A stretch of 64,000 nucleotides of DNA, taken from the NCBI GenBank assembly GCA_018064365.1, contig JAGHVJ010000005.1:7982-71981 (forward strand), read 5' to 3'. The notes under the pieces are model-generated. The model searched no databases. It had not been told where the DNA came from and was given only the letters and a program-made list of their open reading frames with translations. Shown here one piece after another: positions 56,304 through 64,000 of this stretch. This stretch comes from Candidatus Enterousia onthequi (GTDB taxonomy: Bacteria; Pseudomonadota; Alphaproteobacteria; Rs-D84). The translations under genes were made by a program, and so were the position numbers. Every line of letters starts with the position of its first letter. Position 1 is the stretch's first letter.

Positions 56304-58235
56304 ATGAAAGTTTGTGTCAATTACAACGATAAACGTTGGAAAAAATATAATATAGATTTTGAAAAAATTGCAAATGCAGTTGTTGGTAAAAAATGTCAAG
56401 ATGCCGAAGTGTCTATTATATTGACAGATGATGCGGAAATTCACGCGTTGAATAAAATGTATCGTAATATTGATAAACCGACAAATGTTTTGTCTTTTGA
56501 ATTGGATGATGATATTTTGCTGGGTGATATTTATATATCGTTGGATACTGTTGTGACCCAGGCGCGTGATGCGGGTATTTCTGTGGAGGCACATACGGCG
56601 CATATGGTTGTACATGGTATGTTTCATTTATTGGGGTATGACCATTTGACAGAAAGAGAAGCGTGCGTAATGGAATCCAAAGAAATAAAAGTTTTGAAAA
56701 AACTGGGTATAAAAAATCCGTATGGTGATGAACAAAGTTTTCCATGGTGGAAGTATGTTGCAACGGGTGTGTTGGGCGCGGTTGCTGCGTTTGGTTTTGC
56801 ACCGTTTAATTTATGGTGGTTGACTGTTTTGTCTGTGGCTGGGGCGTATTGGTTGTTGTGTTCTGGTGGGGCAAAGGTTGGCTTTTGGCGTGCTTGGTTG
56901 CGTGCAATGCCGTTTGGTGCAATGTATGCGATATCTATGTTTTGGTGGGTGTTAAATTCGATTTATGTGGTGCCTGAACTGGCACGTCAGTTTGCGATAT
57001 GGACTGTGCCGGGGTTGGTTGGCATTGGTATCGTTGGTGCAATTATATTTACAATTCCGTTTGTATTGACATTGTGTATATACATAAAATCTGGGGCGAG
57101 ACCAATTTTGTTTGCTGGGGCTTGGATGAGTGTCTTGTGGTTGCGCGAATGGTTGTTTACTGGTTTTCCGTGGAATCCGATTGCAAATATTATGTTGCCG
57201 TATCCGGTGGTTTCTAATTCTATGTCTGTATTTGGGGCGTTGGGGTTGACGTTTATTATTGTTGGATTGGTGGCGACGGTTGTACAAATGTTGTGTAATC
57301 GGCGTAATTGGGTATTACGTTGGGTGTTTTTGTTTTTTGTTTTATTGTTGGGTATCGGCATTCTTGGTGGATATAATAATATCAAATTGTCTGGTTTGGG
57401 TGATGATTCTGGTGTTGTGCGTATTGTACAACCTGCGACGACACAGCAAAAAAAGATTTCTTTATCGCGTGTAGATGCATTGAATCAGGCAAAAAATAGA
57501 GTTCAATCGTTGATTGATTTGGCGGGTGATGTGAGTAATGTTGATTTGGTTGTATATCCAGAAACATCGTATCCGTTTGTTTTGTTGCGTAATGATGTAT
57601 TGCCTATTGCAGAAAAATTAAACAAGCGCGTTATCATTGGTTCAAATGTGTATGATGCGGGTAATGTTTATAATTCTTTGGTTGTTTCAGGAGCAGATGG
57701 TTCGATATTTGATATATATGATAAATCGCATTTAGTGCCTTTTGGTGAATATGGACCGATTAAATTTGTGCCTGCGCCGGCAAATTTAACCGCGGGTGAT
57801 GGCGCGACTGTTATATCGATAGATGGTAGTGCAGGGCGAAATTTCGTTTTTGCACCGGCTGTATGTTATGAAATTATTTTTTCTGATGCAGTTGTAAAAC
57901 AATCTGGGGTAGATGCGATTATAAATATAACAAATGATACTTGGTTTGGAAAAACACCGGGGACGTATCAACATTTGGATATGGTGCGTCGTGCAGCAAT
58001 AGAATCAGGAGTTCCGGTTATACGTGCGAATTATTCTGGTATCAGTGCTTTTGTTGGTGCAGATGGGGCGATAATTTCGCAGTTGCCGATTGGTCAGGTT
58101 GGAATTTTGGACGGAACAGTACATGGTTCGCATATGACATTATATCGTATGTTGGGTCGTGATGCGTGGTTTTTTATAATCTTTTTGATTGCGTTTTTTG
58201 CCGGATTTGTTGCGTATAGAGCAGATAAAGAATAA
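56304..58235 (+). CDS. Single 643-aa ORF fusing endoribonuclease YbeY (aa 1-140) to apolipoprotein N-acyltransferase Lnt (aa ~145-643)
   Basis: YbeY part: TNVLSFE, HGMFHLLGYDH. Lnt part: multi-TM N-domain, then CN-hydrolase motifs VVYPETS, YDKSHLVPFGEY, VCYEIIF. There is no stop codon and no ATG between the two parts. Confidence 0.85.
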   Translation: MKVCVNYNDKRWKKYNIDFEKIANAVVGKKCQDAEVSIILTDDAEIHALNKMYRNIDKPTNVLSFELDDDILLGDIYISLDTVVTQARDAGISVEAHTAHMVVHGMFHLLGYDHLTEREACVMESKEIKVLKKLGIKNPYGDEQSFPWWKYVATGVLGAVAAFGFAPFNLWWLTVLSVAGAYWLLCSGGAKVGFWRAWLRAMPFGAMYAISMFWWVLNSIYVVPELARQFAIWTVPGLVGIGIVGAIIFTIPFVLTLCIYIKSGARPILFAGAWMSVLWLREWLFTGFPWNPIANIMLPYPVVSNSMSVFGALGLTFIIVGLVATVVQMLCNRRNWVLRWVFLFFVLLLGIGILGGYNNIKLSGLGDDSGVVRIVQPATTQQKKISLSRVDALNQAKNRVQSLIDLAGDVSNVDLVVYPETSYPFVLLRNDVLPIAEKLNKRVIIGSNVYDAGNVYNSLVVSGADGSIFDIYDKSHLVPFGEYGPIKFVPAPANLTAGDGATVISIDGSAGRNFVFAPAVCYEIIFSDAVVKQSGVDAIINITNDTWFGKTPGTYQHLDMVRRAAIESGVPVIRANYSGISAFVGADGAIISQLPIGQVGILDGTVHGSHMTLYRMLGRDAWFFIIFLIAFFAGFVAYRADKE

Positions 58236-58241
58236 TAAAAA

Positions 58242-58445
58242 TTATTTATGAACAGTTTTTAATATCCAAACGCGGATTGCCGAAGACAAGTTTGTGTTTG
58301 GTGTGCGTGTTTGGTCTATTTCAGATATAATAGATGCAATAGATTTGTTTTTGATTCGTGCTATATGCTGTAATTCTGCAATAAATTCTTGTTCCAATGA
58401 TATACTGGTTTGGTGACCGGATAAAGATACGGATAATTTTTTCAT
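58242..58445 (-). CDS. Ribbon-helix-helix protein (RHH_4-like), 67 aa from ATG 58445
   Basis: KLSVSLSGHQTSISLEQEFIAELQHIARIKNKSIASIISEID...NLSSAIRVWIL matches the RHH_4 pattern as I recall it. The start overlaps the upstream stop (TAATG). Confidence 0.6.
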   Translation of the reverse strand: MKKLSVSLSGHQTSISLEQEFIAELQHIARIKNKSIASIISEIDQTRTPNTNLSSAIRVWILKTVHK

Positions 58446-58879
58446 TATAATTTTCCCCCCATTAGGCAATCGTATAATGCGCGATATGCATTGTCGTATG
58501 TCCTTAGAGTATTACCGTTTATGTTATTTAACATATAATATGTGCCAAAAGAATCGAATGCAAACCAAAACAAATCGTTTCTGGCGAATACGGTTTTGTT
58601 TTTTAATGTTGGTATGTTGCGTATTTCTTCGTTTATTTGCACAATACTGGGGATTGGAAAATTTGCCCCGTTTGGTAATTCTGATGGTCCAAACATGTAT
58701 CCAGTGCCCAGGTTAATTCCGGCTGTTTGCATATATAAACTGATAATTTGGTTTGGTAACATGGCGCATTTTTTTTGTTGCAGATTTGAATTTGCAAATT
58801 CTATGGTTCGGGTGTTTGATGGCCCCCATATTAGTGCGCCTTTGTTTTTTATTGATGATAAAAATTCGTCTAGGTTCAT
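58445..58879 (-). CDS. SMI1/KNR4 (SUKH)-like protein, 144 aa
   Basis: Pattern LPNQIISLYMQTAGINLGTGYMFGP ... TVFARNDLFWFAFDSFGTYYML resembles SUKH immunity-type domains. Motif-level call only. Confidence 0.45.
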   Translation of the reverse strand: MNLDEFLSSIKNKGALIWGPSNTRTIEFANSNLQQKKCAMLPNQIISLYMQTAGINLGTGYMFGPSELPNGANFPIPSIVQINEEIRNIPTLKNKTVFARNDLFWFAFDSFGTYYMLNNINGNTLRTYDNAYRALYDCLMGGKL

Positions 58880-58884
58880 ATTTT

Positions 58885-59391
58885 TTATCCCAAAGAGTTG
58901 TTGTTAGCAATTTGTGCCGCCATTTGTGCGAGCCTGTCAGATGTTGCGTTTCCGCCGGCACCGCCACCAGCCGTGTGTGTTGTAATATATATTGCGTGCG
59001 CAGGATTTGGTAACCATAATGTTTCGTTTCCAGATTGTTCCATAATAAATCTGTCTAGTCTGTGTGAATGTGGAAATGTTTGGCATAAAAACATATTTTC
59101 AATAGATAGTTCGCCACCAAGTGTAATTGGTATTCTCCATCGAATAGACGTGTTGCGTGGTAATGCGCGTCCGGTCAATAATCCCATAAATTCGTTTTGT
59201 GATAAATTCATAAACGCTAGTTCTGTTGCGCAATCTGTTAATGTCATCATAAAATCGTGTGCCAATTTATGATATTTTTGAAACCAATCTGGTGGTAATT
59301 GTGTTGTATGTGGGGTGTATTCAATAATTGGCATATCATCCATCCCCAGTTCTGATATTCGTGCAATGGCAGCGGTTTCAGATATTTTCAT
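58885..59391 (-). CDS. Hypothetical 168-aa protein with a degenerate HNH-like (beta-beta-alpha-metal) segment and a Gly-rich tail
   Basis: RWRIPITLGGELSIENMFLCQTFPHSH resembles HHIIPxxxGGxxxxxNLxxLCxxCH, but with the first His pair replaced. Followed by GGGAGGN. ATGA overlap with the upstream gene. Confidence 0.4.
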   Translation of the reverse strand: MKISETAAIARISELGMDDMPIIEYTPHTTQLPPDWFQKYHKLAHDFMMTLTDCATELAFMNLSQNEFMGLLTGRALPRNTSIRWRIPITLGGELSIENMFLCQTFPHSHRLDRFIMEQSGNETLWLPNPAHAIYITTHTAGGGAGGNATSDRLAQMAAQIANNNSLG

Positions 59392-60281
59392 TGTTTTTTC
59401 CCAAGGTATGTAATAACTGTTTCAATATATCCACGAAACGCGTTCATGCTGTCTGATTCTATATCTGCATCAGATTCAGAGATGTTTGGTGTTTCGTCGA
59501 TTATCGTTGCTAAATCGTCAAGTGTTTCTAGGTCTAAAATCGCGTCTACTTTGTCATTGTCAATTGGATTTATTATAAAGGCATTTATATCGATGTCGAT
59601 ATCTTCAAGTGTTTCTTGGAAAGTCGATTGCAATGCCAACATGACGTCCGTCATTTGTTCGTGTGATATGTCGCATGCACCCAACCACAATGTTTCGTCT
59701 GTTCCTAATGCAATTACAGATAATTGTGTGTTGGCAATGTTTGTTTGTGATAATACAGTATAATCATTTTTTTCAAAAATATCCCGGATTTCATGCGTAT
59801 AGCGCGGTTCTGGTGTTTGTGTTTTTTGCTGTGTTGTTGTGGTGGTATTGTGTGTTTTGGTTTGTCTGTTTGGTAAATTATTTTGTGAATTGATTTGTAT
59901 GTGTAAATGCGGGGGGCGTTGAATTGTTGGCGTTTTTTCAGTTGTATTTTGTTGTGTTGGTTGTGTTTCTGGAATTGTTGGTATTGGTGATGTGGTGTTT
60001 TTTTCTGGTTCTGGTTTTTTTATAATGATTTTTCTAAAACGGGGGCGAAATAACATATACAGGCCCAGTATCCCAGATGTTATTGCAATGGTGATTGCAA
60101 TATAAAATCCGGTCGCAATTTGTTGGTTGGTTGCCTGGGCTTTGGCGACGTATGTCCAATGTGTGTTTGAAAATATATTGAAATTATATACGGTGTTTAA
60201 CCAAAAGTCCAAAGCCAACACTATGGCCAAACACCATAGCGTACCAAGTAAAATACAATTTATGCGTTCGTGTAATTTCAT
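59388..60281 (-). CDS. Membrane protein with two N-terminal TM helices, a Thr/Pro/Gln-rich linker and an acidic C-terminal domain (297 aa from ATG 60281)
   Basis: Hydrophobic segments ILLGTLWCLAIVLALDFWL and FYIAITIAITSGILGLYMLF. Low-complexity PEPEKNTTSPIPTIPETQPTQQNTTEKTPT...TTTTTQQKTQTPEP. First gene of a four-gene overlapping operon. Confidence 0.6.
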   Translation of the reverse strand: MKLHERINCILLGTLWCLAIVLALDFWLNTVYNFNIFSNTHWTYVAKAQATNQQIATGFYIAITIAITSGILGLYMLFRPRFRKIIIKKPEPEKNTTSPIPTIPETQPTQQNTTEKTPTIQRPPHLHIQINSQNNLPNRQTKTHNTTTTTQQKTQTPEPRYTHEIRDIFEKNDYTVLSQTNIANTQLSVIALGTDETLWLGACDISHEQMTDVMLALQSTFQETLEDIDIDINAFIINPIDNDKVDAILDLETLDDLATIIDETPNISESDADIESDSMNAFRGYIETVITYLGKKQ

Positions 60282-60323
60282 TTGTTTCAATTATATCATA
60301 TTTATGATAAACTAGAAAGCATA

Positions 60324-60998
60324 ATGATAAATATGAAAGAGATTTTTGAAAATGATAATGTCATCAAGCGGGTCTTGTGGTGGCTGGATGATGAATCAGA
60401 TGATGCAGATTTGGCGGGTGGGGCGGAAAATGCTGTGAACTCGCATGTTGTGAGGTTGTCTGTTGTTCCGGCCAAGGTTCGTGTGGTTTGGCCATGGGTG
60501 GAACGTTTTAGAATTAAAATTATTCCGCGTTTTTATGTCGATTCTGTTGCCGGGAATTGTGTTCCAGAGTTGTGTGCTGATATAAATTCTTGTTTGAAGC
60601 ATGGGGCAGATGGTGCACATGTTATTCTGAAATTAAATGATTTGAATCGATTCGTTGAATCTGTGTCTCCGGTTAGGAGTGATTTGTTTTTTAACAAGTT
60701 TTTGTCTGTTGGTTTTGATGTGTTCGATATTTGGCCGTTGGATTGGACGGGTGTGTTTGATGCGTTAAAAAAGTTGCGTGCAAATTCTTTGTTATTGGTG
60801 TTGACACATGATGACGGTGATAAGTCTGATTTTATTGGTCGTATTTATGGTGCGTTAGAAAATTGGGATGCGTTACCAGACACAGAATTGCACATTATGT
60901 TGGGGGATGGTTTTAACCGTGCCGAGCAAGTGTATCGTTTGGTTGAAAAAGTAAAACCCGAATTATTGGATAAATTATATTTCTGGGTTGGGTATTGA
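60324..60998 (+). CDS. Hypothetical protein (about 224 aa), divergent from the four-gene operon
   Basis: Intact ORF. Start uncertain (ATG 60324 or 60333). The 3' end overlaps the convergent trmB by 24 nt. No family recognised. Confidence 0.5.
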   Translation: MINMKEIFENDNVIKRVLWWLDDESDDADLAGGAENAVNSHVVRLSVVPAKVRVVWPWVERFRIKIIPRFYVDSVAGNCVPELCADINSCLKHGADGAHVILKLNDLNRFVESVSPVRSDLFFNKFLSVGFDVFDIWPLDWTGVFDALKKLRANSLLLVLTHDDGDKSDFIGRIYGALENWDALPDTELHIMLGDGFNRAEQVYRLVEKVKPELLDKLYFWVGY

Positions 60999-61631
60999 TT
61001 TTGTTAAAATCATATATTTGGGTTCTATGGTGCCAGCCATATTTTTTTCTTGATAACGTGTATGAATTGTAGAAAGTGGCGGAAACAATGCATATAGCGC
61101 GGTTTTTTTGTTTTGTTCTGCAATCCAATCAAAATATTCCCAATGGTCGGTGCCAATTATAATTTGGCCGTTTTGTGTTAAATGTTCGCCCAATAAGTTT
61201 AAAAAATCTGAATTTAATAATCGACGTTTTTCGTGTCTTGCTTTGGGCCAAGGGTCAGGGTGTAAAACCCATATTTCGGAAAATTTTATATCAGAATCAT
61301 GTAATAATTTACGAACATCGTCAGGCCAAATCTGGATGTTTTTATATTCTGGTATGATTTGATTGTCCGATTCGCTGGTTATTGCAGATAATAATGCCGC
61401 AACGCCGTTCATAAATGGTTCTGCGCCAATAATTATAGAGGCGGGATTTCGAATCGCTAATTCGCGGACATGTTCACCATTTCCAAACCCAATTTCCAGA
61501 ATTAAATCCCCGGTGTTTTTTGCGTTTTTTGGTGAAATGGCCGGCAAAATATTCGCCAGTAACGATTGTTTTCGTGACGATAATTTTTTACCGTGACGGC
61601 GACCAAATGTTCTTATTTCTTGTTTTTCCAT
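60975..61631 (-). CDS. trmB: tRNA (guanine46-N7)-methyltransferase
   Basis: LEIGFGNGEHV SAM motif and HPDPWPKARHEKRRL signature. Confidence 0.9.
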   Translation of the reverse strand: MEKQEIRTFGRRHGKKLSSRKQSLLANILPAISPKNAKNTGDLILEIGFGNGEHVRELAIRNPASIIIGAEPFMNGVAALLSAITSESDNQIIPEYKNIQIWPDDVRKLLHDSDIKFSEIWVLHPDPWPKARHEKRRLLNSDFLNLLGEHLTQNGQIIIGTDHWEYFDWIAEQNKKTALYALFPPLSTIHTRYQEKNMAGTIEPKYMILTKSIPNPEI

Positions 61632-61677
61632 ATAATTAGTATAGAATCAGTTTGTTATAAACACAAGGAAAACGAAA

Positions 61678-63255
61678 ATGCGTAACGGATTAAAACCAGA
61701 TTTAATTGAACGGGTTTTGGGGGCAAAGCCAAAATATACTATTGCAGAGTTAGAAGAAAAGTTCCCTGTGCGTGATTTGCCAGATGGTGCTTTTGTGACG
61801 CGTTTTGCGCCCAGTCCGACAGGTTTTATGCACTTGGGTAATTTATACAGCGGTTTGATTGATTATAAATTAGCGCAACAATCAAATGGTATTTTTATGT
61901 TACGAATCGAAGATACAGATACTAAACGTGAAATCAAAGAGGCGGTTGGTGTTGTAATAGATTCTTTGGCAAAGTTTGGCATCACATATACTAATGATGA
62001 AAAGTATGGACCATATTATCAATCACAACGCAAGGATATTTATCATAGTGTTGCTGCGTATTTATTGGAAAAAGGTTTAGCATATCCTTGCTTTTTAACC
62101 CAAGAAGAGATGGATGAAATTCGTGAAAACCAGAAATCTGCGGGTTTTGCCACTGGTATTTATGGTGAATTTGCACGTGATCGTGATTTGACAGATACAG
62201 AAATTATTGCGCATTTAGATAAAGGCGAGGTTCCATCGATTCGTTTGTATTCTACGGGAAGTCCAGAACAACGCATTTTTTGTAAAGATGCTGTGCGCGG
62301 TTCTATTTCGGTTCCAGAAAATAACGAAGATATTGTTTTGATTAAATCAACAGATCGGTTGCCGACATATCATTTTGCGCATTTGTGTGATGACCATTTT
62401 ATGCGTGTGACACATGTTGTGCGTGGCGAAGAATATTTTGGAACGGTTGCACTGCATATTCAAATGTTTCGGATGATGGGTTGGAAATTACCAAATTATA
62501 TTCATACATCAACATTGGATAAAATTGATTCTGAAACAGGAAAACAACGTAAGATGTCTAAACGTAAAGATCCTGAAAACAATGTTGCGTTTTTCTTGTC
62601 TGGTGGTTGGCCGGCAGAGGCTTTGATTGAATACCTTGGAAATATCTTGGCGCCTGGATATGAAGAGGCAAAAAACAAAGGCATGGTTAAAAATTTCTGG
62701 GAATACGAAATGAAGCCAAAGAAAATTCCAATGTCTGGTGCGTTGTTTGATATGAATAAATTGCAGTGGTGGGCCAAGGAATATATTGGGGCAATGGCGG
62801 TTCCTGATTTGGTAAAAAGTGTTTGTGATTGGGTAAATGAATATGGTGATGATGTTAATAAAAAACAAATTGCAGATGTCGATTACCTGACGCGCATTTT
62901 ATCAATTGAACGCGATAATCCAAAGCGTATACGCAAGGATTTTATTACATGGAAACAAACATTAAACGAGGTTGCGTATTTTTGGGATGATTTGTTCCAA
63001 TCTAATAAAGATTTTGATTTTAACAAAGATATATTAGATGCGTTTTTATCAAGTTTTGATATCTCGGATGATAAAGATACTTGGTGGAATAAAATTGTTG
63101 AAATTGCTCAACGCATGGGGGTAAAAAACGGCGATGTGGCGATGAATTTACGTGTTGCTGTAACGGGGCGCACAAATACGCCGGATTTGTATTCGGTAAT
63201 GCAAGTGATGGGTAATGCGCGTGTTGTTGCCAGGGTGAACAAGGCGAAAAAATAG
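61678..63255 (+). CDS. gltX: Glutamate--tRNA ligase
   Basis: RFAPSPTGFMHLGN (HIGH-type), KMSKRK (KMSKS-type), C-terminal anticodon-binding region NLRVAVTGRTNTPDLYSVMQVMG. Confidence 0.9.
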   Translation: MRNGLKPDLIERVLGAKPKYTIAELEEKFPVRDLPDGAFVTRFAPSPTGFMHLGNLYSGLIDYKLAQQSNGIFMLRIEDTDTKREIKEAVGVVIDSLAKFGITYTNDEKYGPYYQSQRKDIYHSVAAYLLEKGLAYPCFLTQEEMDEIRENQKSAGFATGIYGEFARDRDLTDTEIIAHLDKGEVPSIRLYSTGSPEQRIFCKDAVRGSISVPENNEDIVLIKSTDRLPTYHFAHLCDDHFMRVTHVVRGEEYFGTVALHIQMFRMMGWKLPNYIHTSTLDKIDSETGKQRKMSKRKDPENNVAFFLSGGWPAEALIEYLGNILAPGYEEAKNKGMVKNFWEYEMKPKKIPMSGALFDMNKLQWWAKEYIGAMAVPDLVKSVCDWVNEYGDDVNKKQIADVDYLTRILSIERDNPKRIRKDFITWKQTLNEVAYFWDDLFQSNKDFDFNKDILDAFLSSFDISDDKDTWWNKIVEIAQRMGVKNGDVAMNLRVAVTGRTNTPDLYSVMQVMGNARVVARVNKAKK

Positions 63256-63340
63256 AGTTATCTTTACTTTTTTGCTTGGTTTTGAAATCTTGTGGTTGAG
63301 AAATGTTGACTTTTGTCACGTTTTTGTTTATGATTGTCTC

Positions 63341-63403
63341 ATGATTTTTGAAAAGTTTATTTTTACTATGACTACTACTACAACCCCTGTGGGGGTGCGG
63401 TAA
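63341..63403 (+). promoter_or_regulatory. Candidate Thr-rich leader mini-ORF upstream of thrS (MIFEKFIFTMTTTTTPVGVR, or the 11-codon version from ATG 63368)
   Basis: ACT ACT ACT ACA ACC at 63371-63385, in frame with ATGs at 63341 and 63368 and a TAA at 63401. Promoter-like TTGACT-17-TATGAT at 63306-63334. No convincing Shine-Dalgarno. Confidence 0.3.
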
Positions 63404-63409
63404 TTTTAT

Positions 63410-63438
63410 TTGCACATATTTTTTGTGCGTATTATAAT
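63410..63438 (+). promoter_or_regulatory. Candidate thrS-proximal promoter
   Basis: TTGCAC (63410-63415), 17 nt spacer, TATAAT (63433-63438). Confidence 0.5.
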
Positions 63439-63492
63439 CTAAATCAATTTCAAATTAAAAAATAAAAATATAGATAAAAAAGGTTGTTTATT

Positions 63493-64000
63493 ATGTCTTA
63501 TCCGATTGAAACGATTCGTCACTCGTTGGCACATGTTATGGCGGCGGCGGTTAAAAAATTACATCCGGAAATTAAATTTGCGGGTGGTCCGGCAATTGAA
63601 AACGGATTCTATTATGATTTCGATACAGATTACAGATTTTCCGAGGAAGATTTTGAAAAAATCGAAAAGGAAATGCGGGATTTGATTAAATCAAATGGTA
63701 GATTTGAACAAAGAATTGTAAGTTTGTCTGAGGCCAAAGAGTTATTTCATGATCAACCATATAAAATGGAATGGTTAAATGAATATGATGCCGCAGGCGA
63801 GGCTTTGTCTGTTTATACATTCCGTGATTTTACGGATTTGTGTCGTGGACCCCATGTTGAAAGTTCCAAAGATTTGCCACGTGATGGTTTTAAAATTCGT
63901 TCTGTGGCGGGGGCGTATTGGAAGGGGGATTCTAAAAATAAAATGCTGCAAAGAATTTATGTTGATGCATTTGCCAGCAGAGAAGATTTGGATAATTTCT
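63493..64000 (+). CDS. thrS: Threonine--tRNA ligase, 5' part (runs off the window). Begins at the editing-domain motif without a TGS domain
   Basis: MSYPIETIRHSLAHVMAAAVKKLHPEIKFAGGPAIENGFYYDFD parallels E. coli ThrRS residues ~66-105 ([38 protein letters not shown]). AAAAGG RBS. An in-frame TAA lies 15 nt upstream of the ATG. Confidence 0.9.
   Translation, partial: MSYPIETIRHSLAHVMAAAVKKLHPEIKFAGGPAIENGFYYDFDTDYRFSEEDFEKIEKEMRDLIKSNGRFEQRIVSLSEAKELFHDQPYKMEWLNEYDAAGEALSVYTFRDFTDLCRGPHVESSKDLPRDGFKIRSVAGAYWKGDSKNKMLQRIYVDAFASREDLDNF

Noticed and set aside
63384-63403. GGGGTGCGGTAA upstream of thrS, checked as a second T-box core
   Set aside because: It does not match GGGTGGNACCGCG, and no antiterminator bulge-helix can be drawn. 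Only a small CCCC/GGGG hairpin is present.

Overview
This is an AT-rich bacterial chromosome segment (roughly 35-40% GC by eye). The gene content is Gram-negative and most consistent with an alphaproteobacterium: a MucR/Ros regulator, an RHH_4 protein, DUF721, SecB, LptF/G, Lnt, AsmA and an alphaproteobacterial-looking RecA. The lineage assignment is inference only.

Most of the window is housekeeping: gyrB, ung, aspS, uvrB, tsaE, ruvC, mltA, secB, recA, typA, serS-trxB, xerD, an lptF/G-family gene, greA, mutL, yajC-secD-secF, ftsK, rarA, mucR, a ybeY-lnt single ORF, trmB, gltX and the 5' part of thrS. There are two tRNAs, Thr-GGU and a CAU-anticodon tRNA.

Accessory content:
- the tail of a type IVb-pilus-like ATPase/platform operon, next to an HTH + RusA-like pair
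- a six-gene glycosyltransferase island
- two outer-membrane beta-barrel candidates
- a large Cys-rich secreted protein bracketed by repeats
- a family of secreted proteins with conserved termini, a variable centre and a duplicated 228-bp upstream module
- a tightly coupled four-gene operon containing an HNH-like and a SUKH-like protein
- several GC-rich nested-palindrome repeat elements

The best-supported unusual signal is a very compact T-box riboswitch in front of aspS. It has an Asp specifier and a discriminator-matching UGGC bulge, and appears to have a translational rather than terminator-type expression platform.

Other notable signals:
- both tRNAs carry C instead of U at T-loop position 55
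- a candidate attenuator or sRNA lies at 8.85-9.05 kb
- a run of five Thr codons sits in a mini-ORF upstream of thrS
- ybeY and lnt are fused in frame
- the S41 peptidase homologue has lost its Ser/Lys dyad

No rRNA, CRISPR array, transposase or clear prophage was seen. All family assignments come from motif recognition by eye, not from database searches.
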